Notes under the pieces: generated by a model
The model's input: only the letters and a program-made list of their open reading frames with translations
What the model was told of the DNA's origin: nothing
Database searches by the model: none
Assembly (NCBI RefSeq): GCF_000143415.4
Contig: NW_003314267.1
Span: forward strand, 1,822,529 to 1,886,528
DNA: 64,000 nt
Reading direction: 5' to 3'
Source: Selaginella moellendorffii
Taxonomy: Eukaryota > Plantae > Lycopodiophyta
Made by a program: the position numbers and the translations under genes
Part shown: positions 30,061 through 44,199 of the stretch, in pieces
Position numbering within the stretch: position 1 is the first letter of the stretch
How the letters are laid out: every line of letters begins with the position of its first letter

Positions 30061-32583
30061 TTAGAGGCTTTGGGACAGGCGCACCTCTTGGGGCAGCAGC
30101 CTGTAGTCGATCTCCAGCTCCTGGAACGAATCCTTGAGATGGATGAGGAGATCCGAGCGGCGGATCCACTTCTCGCCCGCGTTCTGGTGATTCATTGTGT
30201 GCTGGAGCCACAGGGACATCCGGACCCTGTTCATGTCCTCGATCTCGCGCATCACCACGTCGTGCTTGGGATGCCAGTGGTGGAGGTGGCTGTCGATGTA
30301 CCGCTTGATCCTCACCTTGAGCGCGTCGATCTTCTCGGCAGGGGTGGAGATGTGGAGGCTGAAATCGATGGCGTCGCCCATGTCGGGGCTGCGGTAGAAG
30401 TTGCTGATCGGTTTGGTCGCCAGCACGGAATTCGGGTAGTAGATCTTCTCGTTGTCGTAGCGGAGGAAGACGGTGGTCAGGATGTTCATCTCTTCCACCA
30501 CCATCTGCATTCGCATTTGCGAAGATCATGAGATCCAGTCAAGGCAAAAACAAGGAATTCATTCCAGACCTGGACTCCATCGACCACGCAACGATCGCCC
30601 ACGTCGAAGGGATGCATCGCAAACAAGAAGATGATGGCCTCGAACACCGTCTTGCATGTGTTGCCAAAGACGAACACCGCTAGAACCAGCTGGGACGAGA
30701 GCGCTACGAGCAAGTGCGTCGTCGCGATTCCCAGAATGAGCAGCCAGATCACGAGGATTATGATCCCCATGATCACGTCCGTGATCCGGTGGAGCTTTTT
30801 TACCGCCGTCTTGGTGTCATTGAGCGAGAAGGAGAGCGCCCGCTTCTCGCGGTATACATTCACCTAGAGAAGAGAGAGATTAAGAACCCTAAAATATAAC
30901 AGAGGACTTTAAACTCACCACAAAGTTGACGAGCGATTGCTTACTGATCTTGCCAGTCTCCATGGCGCCATCGAAGAGCGCGAACGCCTTGATCGCGCAC
31001 TCCTCGTCGCCCAGGAACCTCATGAGATCGACGAGGGAGAGGCAGCGGCATCCCGGGCGAGCGGCATTGTTGAAGATGTGCTTGGCCGCCGCCTTGGCCT
31101 GCCAGTCGCCCTCCAATCCGCCGCAACTGCCCCCGCAGGAATCCTCGTCGGAGTCGATGGCGTGCGCCAGCGTCGTGATCCGCGGCGATTTGGCGAGCCG
31201 GATGAGCCTCTTCATGTTCCAGGCCGAGACGTTCTTCTGATTCATGCGCTGAAGGTGCTCGATGCTAATGGGGCCGCCACTCTTGTGATCGCCACCGCCA
31301 CCACCGCCAATGTTCCCGGATTTCTTGAGCAATCGCGGGTCAGCCTCGCTAGATCTCTTGCCAGCCTCGCCGGATCTCTTGAGCAGCTGGCTCGGATTGC
31401 CCTGGCTCTCCAGCAACGGCGGCCCCGAGAGAGACTCGAGGATGTACTCATTGAAAAGAGACTCCTGGATGCGATCGAAAAAGGTGTTGACGTGAAAGCT
31501 GAGCGCGAGCACCTTGACGAGGAGGATCTTGACGAGCCAGAGCGAGGCGGCGACGAGCAGGCAGATGAGGATCCTGGTGACGATCTCGAGGGCCTTGCGC
31601 TCGCGCCGGATGGGCAGCGGGAGGTTTGGATCGAAGAGGAGGCGCCAGGCCAGGAGGATGATCCCAAACCACAGGCAGTTTTGGACGCCCTTGTGGAGGC
31701 CATAGACGAAGTAGACGAGGCGCTTGCGCAGGATGAAGTTCCGCTCGATGAAGAAGACGAGGAAGCGGATGATCCAGCCCGAGAGGAGGCGGCCGCTGAG
31801 GATGACGAGCGCGAGCACCGCCCAGCGCCAGAGATGGAGGCCCAGGAGCTTGCGGCGCTCGAGCACCGGGATGTTGGTGGTACACACTAGGGCCCCAATG
31901 CTGAGCGCCAGAAACCCCCATTCCAAGAACACCCACAGATTCCAGGGCTTGTGGATGAGATCGTCGGGCACGTCCAGTGGATCGTCCTCCGCCGCCCCGG
32001 TCGCCGATCCTGCCGCTTGAGCGTCCGGGGATTTGTTGAGAACTCCCGAGGATTTGAGCAGCCCAGACCGGAGAGGTGGCGGCGGTGGATCCCCGAGCCT
32101 GGATTTGCAGCGACCGTAGGACGGGATCCTGGAGGCTGCCTTGGCGGAGGATGGATCGAGCGCTCCAGCTTCGGCGGCGTCAGGGTATCGATCGGACGTG
32201 GAGCTGGAGCGGCGCCGCAACGAGGCCTTAGTACTGGGTGATTCCCAGAATGTGAGGTCGCCGTCCGCGCCCACGCCCGGATCGAGCTGGAAATCCCCGG
32301 ATTCCTTCTGGTGCCTCAGGAATTCGCCGATGAGCTTGGTGGGAGGATCGATCGACTGCGCAGCCGAGAGAGTGGCGGGATCGTCTTGGAAGAAATAGCT
32401 GTTGCTCCGTTCCAGGGATCCCTCTTTCCGCTCGTCCTCGGCAATGTGGGTGGAATTTCTCGCGAGGCTTGGCTGCCCGGTCGGGGATGGAGCGTCCTCG
32501 TCGATCCGGAGAATGACCCTGTCCAGCTTACTCCCAGCATTGGCCTCGCCATTCATCATCATCTCCTTGGCCACAGCACCCAT
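30061..32583 (-). CDS. Mechanosensitive channel of small conductance-like (MSL4-10 group), 3 exons
   Basis: Exons 32583-30919, 30863-30570, 30504-30061; motifs FVFGNTCKTVFEAIIFLFAMHPFDVGDRC, VEEMNILTTVFL, ISNFYRSPDMGD. Confidence 0.93.
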
Positions 32584-33204
32584 GGATGGATTCCAATCAA
32601 TCTTTTCCTTGTGAATCCGCGATCGAGTGTCTCCTCTCTCGCGCTCCTTTCGATTGAATCGATCGATAGCGCCGAAATTCCAAGACAGGAGTCCCGAAAT
32701 CTAGCTCGAGCTCCTGTTCTCCGCGACAAGGAAATAAATGCGAGGGGGGAGGGAGGGGAGAAGATTATTCTATTGCGTGGAAAACACCTAGGCGGACAAG
32801 AGAGATCGATCGAATTCTCGTCCCATTCCACGCAACGCCAAGGAGAAAGCGATCGATTTGGACGGATTATAATGAAGAACACATGAGAGCGCGAGTGCGC
32901 GAGTGCGCCTGCTTGGTTCCCAGGCGAGGTGTCAACGAAACGCAGATTTTGCGGTCAATCTTTCTCTCTCGGCAATTGGGTAGATAGATACATTCGCCGC
33001 CCCGCACGAAAACCAACTTCGTACGTGGCGCCACGCCACCCCTCCACGTGTCGTTATAGAAAGCCACTTTTTCCGATCAGGCGAATATGCCGCACGATGG
33101 TTGCCGGTTGCCAAATCCAAAGAAAGTTCCTCGGTTAAAGTTCTCTTGGTGGAGCCTAAGAATTTGGGTGATTTCCAGAGAGAAAGTTAAAAAGAAGATA
33201 CGAT

Positions 33205-33845
33205 GAATATGGAGGGGTCAGATTGGTTAACGTGGATGGCAGTGTGAAAAATGTGAAACGTCCAACCCTTTGGAAACACATAGCCTGGGACTACCCCCAG
33301 GGACAAAAAGGATTGTAAAAATTCAATAGCAAAGTTACTTCTTACACCATTGTATTCTATTTCTCTGACTGGAATTGCATTGTCTCGTCAACAAGACTTG
33401 TATCATCCCATGTCAAAGAGACTTTCTCGAAGAATTCTTTGGCCTTCTCCCTGCTGCGCGACTGAGATTGATGTGACAAGAAGAAAAAGCGTTGGTTTGT
33501 TGCCAGATGTTGTCACGAAGTCAGCAAATCCAGGCCCTACGAATGGCTTTGGTATGAGGATCCAAAAGGGGAAAGGGGAGTCAAGAGAGGTCGTCATGCG
33601 TGATCTTGCAAATAACAGCTTCAGATTGACAAATTCCACAATCTCAGACACGAACACTTTCAACACGCGATCCAACCCTTGGTGTATGGGGTAGCCGAAT
33701 TTAAAAGAGGAAAAAAAGACCTACGTATGAAGATCAATGGAAGAATCACAAGCGGCTCCACAAGAGCGCCAGATCCTTTTTCACTCCACGAGGAACTTCC
33801 TCTTGTTTTTATCAAGAATCTGCGACAAAGCTTTTCTGAGTCATG
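33205..33845 (-). pseudogene. Degenerate partial tandem copy of the adjacent P450
   Basis: Contains GGCTATGTGTTTCCAAAGGGTTGGACG... and TGACCCCTCCA segments matching 34200-34300, with no intact frame. Confidence 0.6.
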
Positions 33846-33876
33846 GCCATCTCTCTAGGTAGGCTAGCAGCACAAG

Positions 33877-35641
33877 TCATTTGCGGTTGATTTCCACAAC
33901 GTATCCGTCTTCTGGGATTCGCAGTGGCCAGTTTCTTATTGCCCCGTTTGGAGCTTTCGGCTTCCAGCTGCGAGAAGGAATTGGAATTGTTTTTTCTTTT
34001 GATGGGAAACTTAATTACCTGTACTGTGTTACTAGCCTGTGAAAGAAAACGAGGATTTCCAGTTTAGCAAGCTCGGCACCAGGACAAGTTCGCAAACCGC
34101 ATCCAAATCCAATGAGAGTTCCCGGTTTTTGTGGAACCTGCGGAGTATGGTTAAGGTTTTCTTCGTAGCAAATCGAAAGAAAGTTTTAGTACGAGGAATC
34201 TGGAGGGGTCAAATTTATAAGGATCAGCGAAATAATCTTCGTTCAGGTGGATGGCAGTGTGGAAAATGTGAAGCGTCCATCCCTTTGGAAACACATAGCC
34301 TGGAATCCATTGAAAACAGGAGGAGCAAATTTTATAGCAAAACCACTAAGAGCTGCTTACCATTGTACTCGACAGCGTGTTTCATCTCTCTGACCAGCAT
34401 TCCTCCACTTGCCAATCTTAGAGTCTCCTGAAGAACACGCATAGTCACTGGCATTCTTCTTGTATCCTCCCATGTCAAGTGAGGTTGCTCTCTTTCTCGA
34501 AGAATTTTCTGGTGTTCTTCCTGCAAGCGCGAACAATTAATATAAAAGAAGAAATGTCTTTTGTAGGATTTACCACAACTTCCTTCAAGATTTCGGGATT
34601 TTCTTGCAAGCGTTTCATCATCCACACGAGCGTGAGAGGAGTAGTGTGCTGCCCTGCAAAGAGCAAACCAACAATATTGTCCTCGATCTGCTGGTTTGTT
34701 GAGTTGAGGTCCTTGTCATTCATGAGCTTATGCAAGAGGTCGTCATGCGTGATCTTGGAAATCCTCCTCTCGTTTATCAATCGATCAAGGTGATAGTGAA
34801 GACGTTTCCGAGCCTGGATATGGTTTCAAATCAGTTCGCAAAGAATTTCTCCAAGACTTACCTGAAGCGCTCGATGGTAATCAGTAAACGGGAGATTTAT
34901 GGGAAGCTTAAACAAGCCTCTAGAAGCCACAGTTACATCGTGCATGAAATCTCCCGTTTTGGTTTGAAAAATCCGCGGGTCATCACAAATAAACGCGGTG
35001 ACAACGTCGAAAGTTAACTGCAAGAACAGAAAGAGCTTAGAACTGGCAAAGCTCACAAATCACAGATACCTGTAGTGTTTCTTCCAAAACGGTAACACAT
35101 CCCTTCCGTTGCCAAGAAGTCAATAAGTCCATAGCAATCTTGTCAAACCTTTGGACATGATTATTGAGAGGATCACCACTCATGGAGCTCAGTATTGCTC
35201 GGTGATATCTTGCATGTGTTGCTCCTTCCACATGTCCCACACTTTCTTTTCCGACAATCAAGAAGCCCGAGTTTGAAGGGGAGCAACAATTCCTTGCTCC
35301 AGGATTTGTGAGGAAAAACTTTACAGCTTCGGGAGTACTGATAACAATACTTTGACGTCCGAACAAGTGAGCCGAAAAAATGTCCCCAAATCTGTTGGGA
35401 ATGGCAAACGAAAACACAAAAAGCTTGAAAGCTGAGAAAGAAAAGAGAAAAATTACCTCTTGCGACGCTGGAAAACGAAATCCTCAGCTGTGCCTCGCAG
35501 AAGTTGTATTGTCTCGCCAAGAATGGGCCAGCCTCGATTGCCTGGTGGTGTTTGCACGGAGCCACTCTTTCTTTTTGACGATATAAGGAATGCAGCCACT
35601 GCAGGGATCACAAGCAGCAAGTAGAGACTCCACAGCGCCAT
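33877..35641 (-). CDS. Cytochrome P450, CYP85 clan (CYP707/CYP90-like architecture), multi-exon
   Basis: N-terminal anchor plus PPGNRGWPILGET, I-helix LLFAGQHTT, ETLR, FDPSRF and heme motif FGCGLRTCPG; stop at 33877-33879. Confidence 0.9.
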
Positions 35642-36638
35642 AACTTTCCTCCTTAGAACCTGATAACTTCGTCTTAGTTTTATCGTTTCCAAGCGTGCAC
35701 TCGCAATGTTTCGGACAAAACGAGGACTTCATAACTTTTTCCGTTTTGGCGATTTCTCGAGGTAGCAAATGCCGACAATATTCATTTGTCATTTACTAAT
35801 CCAATGGGAATCTGGATGAACTTCTATCACCTGGCTCGAGCAAGCTATTAACTTCATTTTCCAGCTAATTATATGATGGATCGATCATAAAACAGCTTAG
35901 CTTCAAAGCAAGTGTTTTCGGAACCAAGCTATAAAGTTTTTGTGAGCCTCCTCCGCATTCTTCACAGTGCTTCACATCAGAGTCAATTTGGAGTCAATTC
36001 GGAGTCAAATGCGAGTTGAGTGGGACTCAGTGAAGTGGATTTGGAATGACATGGTGTGCACAATTCAAAATTGCAAAACACTGCATTACATGTCATTGGC
36101 ATGTTTGTCATATCATCATTGCCGTGAGATCAAGACGTGGAAGTGTACTTCATAAGAAAGAAGAAAGAAAAGAATTACATACTAAGGACTTAAAAATCAT
36201 ATGCAATCAACTTACTCGATGTCCTCAAGCACAATGACCTGTAGAAAAGTTAGAGGTGTGACCATGAGCTGTGGTTTAATTGGCAAAACCACAATTACTT
36301 GCAACACATCCTGTGGGAGCTGGTTCATTCATGATAAGTCTTGCAATATATATTATGACATATAATTCTCTTAAGCATTATAAATCATGAATTTAAACAC
36401 AATATATTTTTGATATAATTTTTAATATTGTGAGTGTTTGGGATATAGGAATAGGTATTTTGGTTTAGACCCCTGCTTATATACAAGAATGGATGGACTA
36501 AATTCAGTCCTAAATGGAAAGTCTATATATTATAGTATTATAATTAGTGTATTACCTAATAAATGTATATACATATATATATATTTATAAACCTTACCCC
36601 ATCTTAAAGATGAAAAAGTGATAACAATAAATTAGGTG

Positions 36639-38960
36639 TGTGAGTGCATGGAATATGGAAAGGGAATATAGAAAATGTGTATATTAATTAGCCCAAAAAC
36701 CCTAATTTATATACAAGAGCGAGTGGTCCGGATTGAAACTAATCCGATGGTTACCAAAATCCCATTACACTAATATTAGTATACAACATTGTAGTCGTAC
36801 ACTTGGACATTATATCATCCCCTCCTTAATAATGGAAGACCATCAAAGTTCTTTTGTAGATGGGCCAGGATCTAGAGGAATGTCAAGAGGAGGCATTGGT
36901 AGATTTGTAGGTGGTATCAGTTGTTCTTGATCCCTTTGTATGAAGCATTTCAACTGCTACACATATATAATTTCTGGAGGATTGGCTTACTAGATGTTAT
37001 GCCAAACCTCATAAACTTGGAGTCCAACTTGCCATAACACCTGATATGATCCCTTCCATTGAGCAAGGAGCCCCTTAGATAAACCATGTACTGTAAAATG
37101 GGGAAGATGAATTAACACCAAGTCATCCACTTTGTACTCTGCAAGTGGATGATGATGAGAGTTGTAGCGCCATTGTTGTCCTATTTGTATGCAACCTAAG
37201 TGTTTAGCAAACTCTATTCGGACAAGTGGAAGAATGTTCGTCAAATACTAATCCCACGACCTAGCATCGGTAGCTCGTGGCAATTGCGAAAGTAAACCTA
37301 GCTCCATTGGTAATATTAGATCATGACCATATAAAAGTTTATATGGTGAAGCACCAACAAAACTTTTGCACCCCTGTGATATATGCATAACGAAGAGACA
37401 GCAAATAACCATCCCAATCTGAATGCTGAAAGTTCACATACTTTGTGATCATTCCTTTGAATGTCCAAATGAGCCATTTCACCAAACCATTTGACTGTGG
37501 ATGATAAGCACTTGTGAAAGTGTGGCATATCCCCAACCGAGATGTCAAAACATAAAATGCCTCAGCCATAAATGTGGGGCCATTATCTGAAAGAATCCGC
37601 TCCAGACAAGAATGTTAGAATACCACTCAATTGATGAGGAAATATTCAACAACAGTTGCAGAGGCGCTAGCAAAAACATCAACTTCCACCCAACAAGTCA
37701 AATAGTTAGAAACAATAATAACATATTCATCACTAGTAGTTGATCGTGGAAAAGGTCTTATAAGATTAAATGCCACTAACTCAAATGGACGGGAAATTGC
37801 AATGGACTCCAACTGTCCTTCTGCGACATGAGGGGGAGTATTACAAGCTTGGCATCAAATGCAACTATGCATATACCGGATAACATCACGTTGCATTTCC
37901 GGCCAATAGAAAGACCTAAGTAGCTTCTTGGTCATACGACGATGTTCTATATACCCGCCTAGAATAAGAGAATCATGGTAGGTATAGAGAAACCGTGGAA
38001 TAAAGATGAAAGGCACCACCAGCAGTAAAGGATCATCAAAATTCATCCCCACAAAATAAAGAAGGCCATTTTCAAGGCAATATTGAGAATGTAAATGCCA
38101 GAATGACAAATCATCAGCAAATGATGTAACCCATCTCGAAGCCTTCGAATCCATGACTCAATCTTTTGAGCCTCACGAACCTCATCAAAAGAAGATAGAT
38201 CTTGCTCTGCATTTTGTGGACACTGAATATCAAGTATAGCAACTGCCAGCAGTATAGAATTCTCTTCTAGAAAATCCATAGATGTTGGAATAACAAGCTC
38301 GTCAGAGACATGAGAAGAGAGTGGAGAAGGAAGAGGAGCTCGAAAAAGGGCATCAGCATTAGCTATAGAACTCCCTGGGCAATGAATAACATTAAAATCA
38401 TATATTTAAAGCTTTAAAGCCCACTAAGTAGTATGACTAACTATGTTCTTTCACTTCAATAATGAAGTAATAGCAGTATGATCACTTTCAAGTAACGTCC
38501 AAAAACTATGTAGATATGCATGAAGTTTTTTAAAACCCCAGACTGCTGTTAAACACTCCTTTATCACAGTCCCTTGGAGATATGTGGGAAACTCATGCAA
38601 ACGTCGAACATCATCCTAAAATTGATATGTGGTAATCACTGTGAAGTGATTGAACCAACAGGACACATCATCCCTAGGATTCTTGCGAAAGAACTCCAGC
38701 CGAACGTGAGGATTGGCACCAAGAGCAAAAGGAGTTGTACCATGTGCCGTGAATACTGCCATCAATTGAGTTTAGTTATTCAATTGCAATTTCATAACAT
38801 CAAGCAATTGTACCAACTGCTATTCCAGAGTCAAAGGAGGAGGAGATTGCTGATTTGCCATGAAGATGAACAAAAAAGAAAGAGCAGAAGAAGAAAAATA
38901 ATTAAAGAAAGTTAGAAGGAAAGGGAGATTTAGACAATGCAAAAAGTTAGATTTAAACCC
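36639..38960 (-). mobile_element. Degenerate internally deleted gypsy family A copy (A2)
   Basis: LTR at ~36639-36814, PPT, integrase/RNase H similar to 10774-11900; joined near 38570 directly to the gag N-terminus (RT/PR deleted). Confidence 0.85.
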
Positions 38961-39400
38961 TCTATGTGCCATGTGTTATATGCCATATGCCACATGTCAC
39001 ATGCCATGTGTCCAATAATAGTGAAGAAAAACCTAAATTTTAAGTCTTTAGCCATTGAATGAAGGAATGGAGCCAAATTCTTAAACATAAAGCTAAGGAG
39101 CAAAGAAATCAGAGCATAGAACAACTCTCAAGCATTTAGCCCAAGGAGCGAAGGGATAAACAGTCTGTGAGACACAAAATCCCTAGGCCCCAAAGTGGAG
39201 CCGGAAAGGGTGCCACGTGGCAGTGGCTGAAGCGAGAGCCAAACAAGCGTAACACGTTTGGACCAAAAGCTCCGACTTGAAAAGTCAAGAGCGGGAGTGG
39301 AACTCCCAAAGAAGGGCTCGAGGAACGAGCACGAAGCGAGCAAAAAGCGAGGCTCCAAAAAGGGACCCAAAAGGACCAACACATGACACGTGGGAGTGTT

Positions 39401-39873
39401 CGAGATGGACCCGAGTTGGAGTCCGAAGTGGAGTCCGAGATGGACCCGAGTTGGAGTCCGAAGTGGAGTCCGAGATGGACCCGAGTTGGAGTCCGAAGTG
39501 GAGTCCGAGATGGACCCGAGTTGGAGTCCGAAGTGGAGTCCGAGATGGACCAGAGTTGAAGTCCGAAGTGGAGTCCGAGATGGACCCGAGATGGAGTCCG
39601 AGGTGGACCTGAGATGGACCCGAGTTGGAGTCTGAAGTGGAGTCCGAGATGGACCCGAGATGGAGTCCGAGGTGGACCCGAGATGGACCCGAAATGGAGT
39701 CCGAGATGGAGTCCGAGGTGGACCCGAGATGGACACGAAATGGAGTCCGAGATGGACCCGAGATGGAGTCCGAGATGGACCCGAGATGGACCCGAGATGG
39801 AGTCCGAGATGGAGTCCGAGATGGAGTCCGAGATGGAGTCCGAAGTCGAGACCGACACCGGGACCGAGACCGG

Positions 39874-39905
<32 letters not shown>

Positions 39906-40002
39906 TCGGGACCGAGACCGAGACTGAGGCCGAGACCGAGCCCAAGCCCAAGTCCGAGTCCGAATCCGAATCCGAGTCCGAGTCCGAGTCCGAGTCCGAG
40001 TC
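39401..40002. repeat. Compound minisatellite/microsatellite array
   Basis: 35-bp unit CGAGATGGACCCGAGTTGGAGTCCGAAGTGGAGTC (4 perfect plus 1 variant), then 11/12-mers, then (GAGACC)n and (GAGTCC)n hexamers. Confidence 0.9.
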
Positions 40003-42799
40003 CAGAGCCTGAGAGGGTGAAAGCCCAAAGCGTTCGTCTCCCAGACCCTGGGGGGTTTGGTGAGCTCCAAAAGTATAGTAGGGGGAGGACTGCAATGGAG
40101 CCAGTTTGGCCAGGAAAGGCCAGTTTGGCCCAGGAAGGCCAGACCCAGTGTTGGGTGATGAACTGACCACTGGGAAGTCTAAGACTAGAGTGAATACGGA
40201 CCGACAAGCGGGGTAGCTTGGTGAAGTGTTCAAGAGCCGGCTCTAGTTCCCCCGGGAGATCGACTGGCCGATGCTCCCAGTCCAAGTGTGGGTGGCACTA
40301 CCTACTTGGATACTAGGCGTGGCTCAATGGAACCTTGCTCTAAGCCCATGGCTAGAGCACCTAAAGGCGAAAGGCGGGGAGAGTACCCAGGTGGCTCGCG
40401 TAAGGCCACGGTGTTCCGAAACGTTGTCCCAAAGGCCTAGACTGTGGAAAGGAAGAGGAGCAGTCCTCTGGGGTAGTGACCAAGGACACAGTCAGGTGGT
40501 GAGGAAGTCCCAGAGGACCATGGGACTTAGGGGTCGGGCCTGTGGGTCTCGATCCAGTGCCAGTGTTAGCAAACACGGCCAGGGGCAGGAAGGGACTTGG
40601 TAGGAACTGACAAAGGGACTTTGGGGAAGGCAATTCCCCAGGTCTGTGGGCATCCTAAGGATGCTAAGGAGTGGATCTAGTATGACCACTCGTGGACAGA
40701 TGGCCCAGTCTTGGAGAGACGGGATGGTGATGCAAGTGGTATTGGACCACTAGTGCAGTAGAGGCGAATGGGCATGGCCTTAGCGTAACGGGCCGAGATG
40801 TTAGTGGTACCTTTGGGTGTCGGTCTTGGGATCGGACACGTGGAGCACTTGGACCAAGTGCAAAGGTTGAGTGGCATGGATGCCATTCTCGGGGCTAGCA
40901 AGCCCCAAGTCCTGAATGGGACTTATGGAGGTTGTGAATGAGACTCCTCCAAGTGGTCGGAGGTGTGGTTAAGTGACTAAAGTAGAATGGAAAAAATTAG
41001 TCGCTTACACAGTCTTAGAGCTTCCAACATCCTAATGTTAGGACTAACACCCAAAACAAAGCCAAACAAAATTTAGTATTATTTCAACATACTAGTGGCT
41101 TAACGCAATGATATGAGTACTCCACCAGTTAGTATGGTGTGGAACTTGGGCTTAGACCTAAGACAGATGCAAAACAAAGACAAGCATGCAAACAAGAACT
41201 AAACTATACCTCAAGTTGGTCAGCCATGCTTAACCTACCCACCATCTCTACTATCTTACTATCCTTATTATATATTTAGTACCCCCCCCCCCCCCCCCCC
41301 CCCTTGGTTTTTAGGAAAGGAGACTTTGGGCTTTCCCCCTTAGTACCAAGAATTAACCTCTAGGACACGTTTGAAACTTATTAAATATGGAATGATGTTA
41401 GATTGCAAATTTGGGCACAAGACCAACACCATTGTGTCCAAAAAAATCTCTACATTCTGTAGATATGCCAAATTAGCAAATTTAAACACTTTCCCTAAAT
41501 AATAATTAAGACCAAATAGGACAAACACATAGTGTTTGGCAGTAAGCTCTCATCTGGCAAATATTAAGAGACTAAGCTTAATATCATGGGGGTTTTTAAT
41601 ACTAGCAAATGCAAGCCAATATATGAGTTTCTCATACTGGGCCAAGTATGCTTAGCAAGAAACACATAAGAGTTTCTACTTTATGTTTATTTGGTAAAAG
41701 TATATATATGATGACCAGTTTCTCAACTAGTTTAGGTCGAGATTGATAAAGGGTCTAGCAATACTAATTTCCTGCTGTTGTGGCAATAAAGAAAGAATAT
41801 TTAAAAGGATTACTTGACAGATAATTTTTGATACTCACAATCACATTTACGACATCAAGGAAACACATAAACCCTTAAACAACAATGATAAAATAAAACT
41901 CTCAACAACACTCATAATTAGGGACACACATTCAACTTGAAGCTCTGGCCAAAGTAATTCAACCTTTGGAATAAGGAATACTCGATACCAGAATTAATAA
42001 AATACTCTATCAAATAAACAAAAACAAGATTCTCAACTTTACATATATACTCAACATCTAGATTAATATGAGAAGGATAGAAAACACTATTGTATAATTT
42101 CAATTTTAGGGTTTGAAATATACTTTATTCAAGGATATATTATATTTTAAGTAACCATTAATCAATTGAATAGAACACATGCTATTAGCTCCAATACCAC
42201 ATATAACACACCCTTCTCTCTCTCTTTAACCCAATTGGAAAAGGGATAATTACTTGATGAGAAAACCCTTAATAGTTATTTTATCCTATAATGACAATAT
42301 ATCCAAATTTTATCCCATTATCATATGCACTACAGAAAGTGGCTTAGACCAAGAAAAAGTTAGAAAAGAGTAGAAAGTAAAGAGAAACGATCAAATAATA
42401 GATAAAAAGATTAACACTTACCCCATGAATTCTCTAACTCATCTCCAAAGCTATCTCCATAATAATTAAGTTCTTTATCACAATTTGGAATCCATTCAAA
42501 CTTGTAAATATCGTATTCCCGATCTTTAAATATTCTTCAAGAACCAGACTAGATCATCTATAACTCATTAATCAATATTACGATCACACTCCATATTAAT
42601 GAGAGATGGTAGAGCACCAAGAACAAGACAAACCATATAATCACATCCTATAGAAGTTAGAGACAACAACACACCAAAGATGGGCAACACCAATATGAAC
42701 ACACCCCATAACACCAAAAGCTCAATCCAATGTAGTACTATCAACAGCCTCAAATGACATGCTCCTTGATTGATGACGGTGTGGCATGGTAAAAGAAGA

Positions 42800-43147
42800 T
42801 AATAAAATAAAGATCACAACAATAGCTAGAATTTTAGATCTTGCAAAAAGCTAATACAGATTTAAATTTAAAAAATAATGAAAAATTTAAAACAAACAGC
42901 ATAATCCCAAACACAAGAGCAAAATATTGTTAAAAAGCTTTGCCCTTCAAAGACAAATTGTAGTGCTCTTCATCTCCACCAATATGAGTGCTTGGGATAT
43001 AAAAATAGATATATTATTAAGGTTTAAACCCCTTCTTACAGACAAAAATTGATTGACCAAATTCAGTCCCAAATGGACAGTATAATTAATATATTACTTA
43101 GTCAGGGTAATACATGTATATATATACATGTATTTATAAACCTTACA
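42800..43147 (-). mobile_element. Gypsy relic: leader, tRNA-Ala PBS and LTR of a related family (similar LTR also at ~36429-36597)
   Basis: CATCTCCACCAA followed by TATGAGTGCTTGGGATAT...ATAAACCTTACA; near-copy at 36429. Confidence 0.55.
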
Positions 43148-44199
43148 ACATATAATTCTCTTAAAACATAAAATTTTTTTGGTTTGCTTAATTGAAACTG
43201 TAGGGTAGTGGATATATCTAGAATAGGCTTAGATATTCTAGGATATTCTACCATTTAATAGTTGTTATTCATTTAGGTTGTATTTATAATTTATAAACTT
43301 TTTTACACACTTGTTAGTATATTCTTATTTATTCTACCATCAAATGGGTGATATGCAATGAGCTTAATCTTTTTTTATAAATTATAAAAATGTTTGTAAT
43401 TATTGATTAATTATATTATTAGATTAATAGTTCAATAATAATGACACTACTATTAAGAAAACCAAATGTTGCTGCATGTAGCACACAGAGTTGTTATTCT
43501 TAACATAGATAGTTATTGTGATTTCTATTAAATTCTATTATCTGTATTCAATTTTTTAAAATGTGCTATTATATCAAGCCCATTATAGGTAGATTTTAAA
43601 CACAAAAAGATATATATTTCATAGAATATTTATTGTTAATATATTTAATATTTTCAATTTAGATTAGATATATAACTACAATGAAAAATATATTAGGTTC
43701 TTCTTATAAAAGGTATATAAAAAGCACTTTTAAAAATTTTAGTGGTTTTGTTAAGGCAATAGATACACAATAGCTTTGCCAAGGTACACAGTGGCTTTTA
43801 GCACCATGGTTCCCATACTAAGGCCATGGATCTAGGCAGCCTTGAGTGCCATAGGTGACATGGTTACATTGAGCTAGCTCTAATCCCTTAAGGGATGTTA
43901 GGAATTTAAATGTTTGGTGTGTTTAGTTATTTACATTTGTGAAGAATGTAACTAAACCTTAAATCCAATCTAAACTAAGGAGGGGAATTGAAAGAGAGTT
44001 TATGAACCCATGGAGGAATGATTAACATTTTGTTGCTTGTGTAGTGAGTGGTTAAATCCAAGTAGAATTAAGTAAGAGCTAGTATAATAGATATGAACTT
44101 TGGCAAAGAAACTTAATTAAAACCAAAATAAAGGTGGTCAGACAAATGAGGTAAGTTGGCAAATTAAAAAATGAAAACTTATGATTTATATCATAGTGT

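Noticed and set aside
30937-31890. 317-aa plus-strand ORF
   Set aside because: Antisense to the MSL exon; a codon-bias artefact.
39128-40285. Long ORFs in several frames (385, 365 and 261 aa) and a CRISPR-like periodicity
   Set aside because: A stop-free tandem repeat opens many frames; there are no unique spacers, no cas genes, and the context is eukaryotic.
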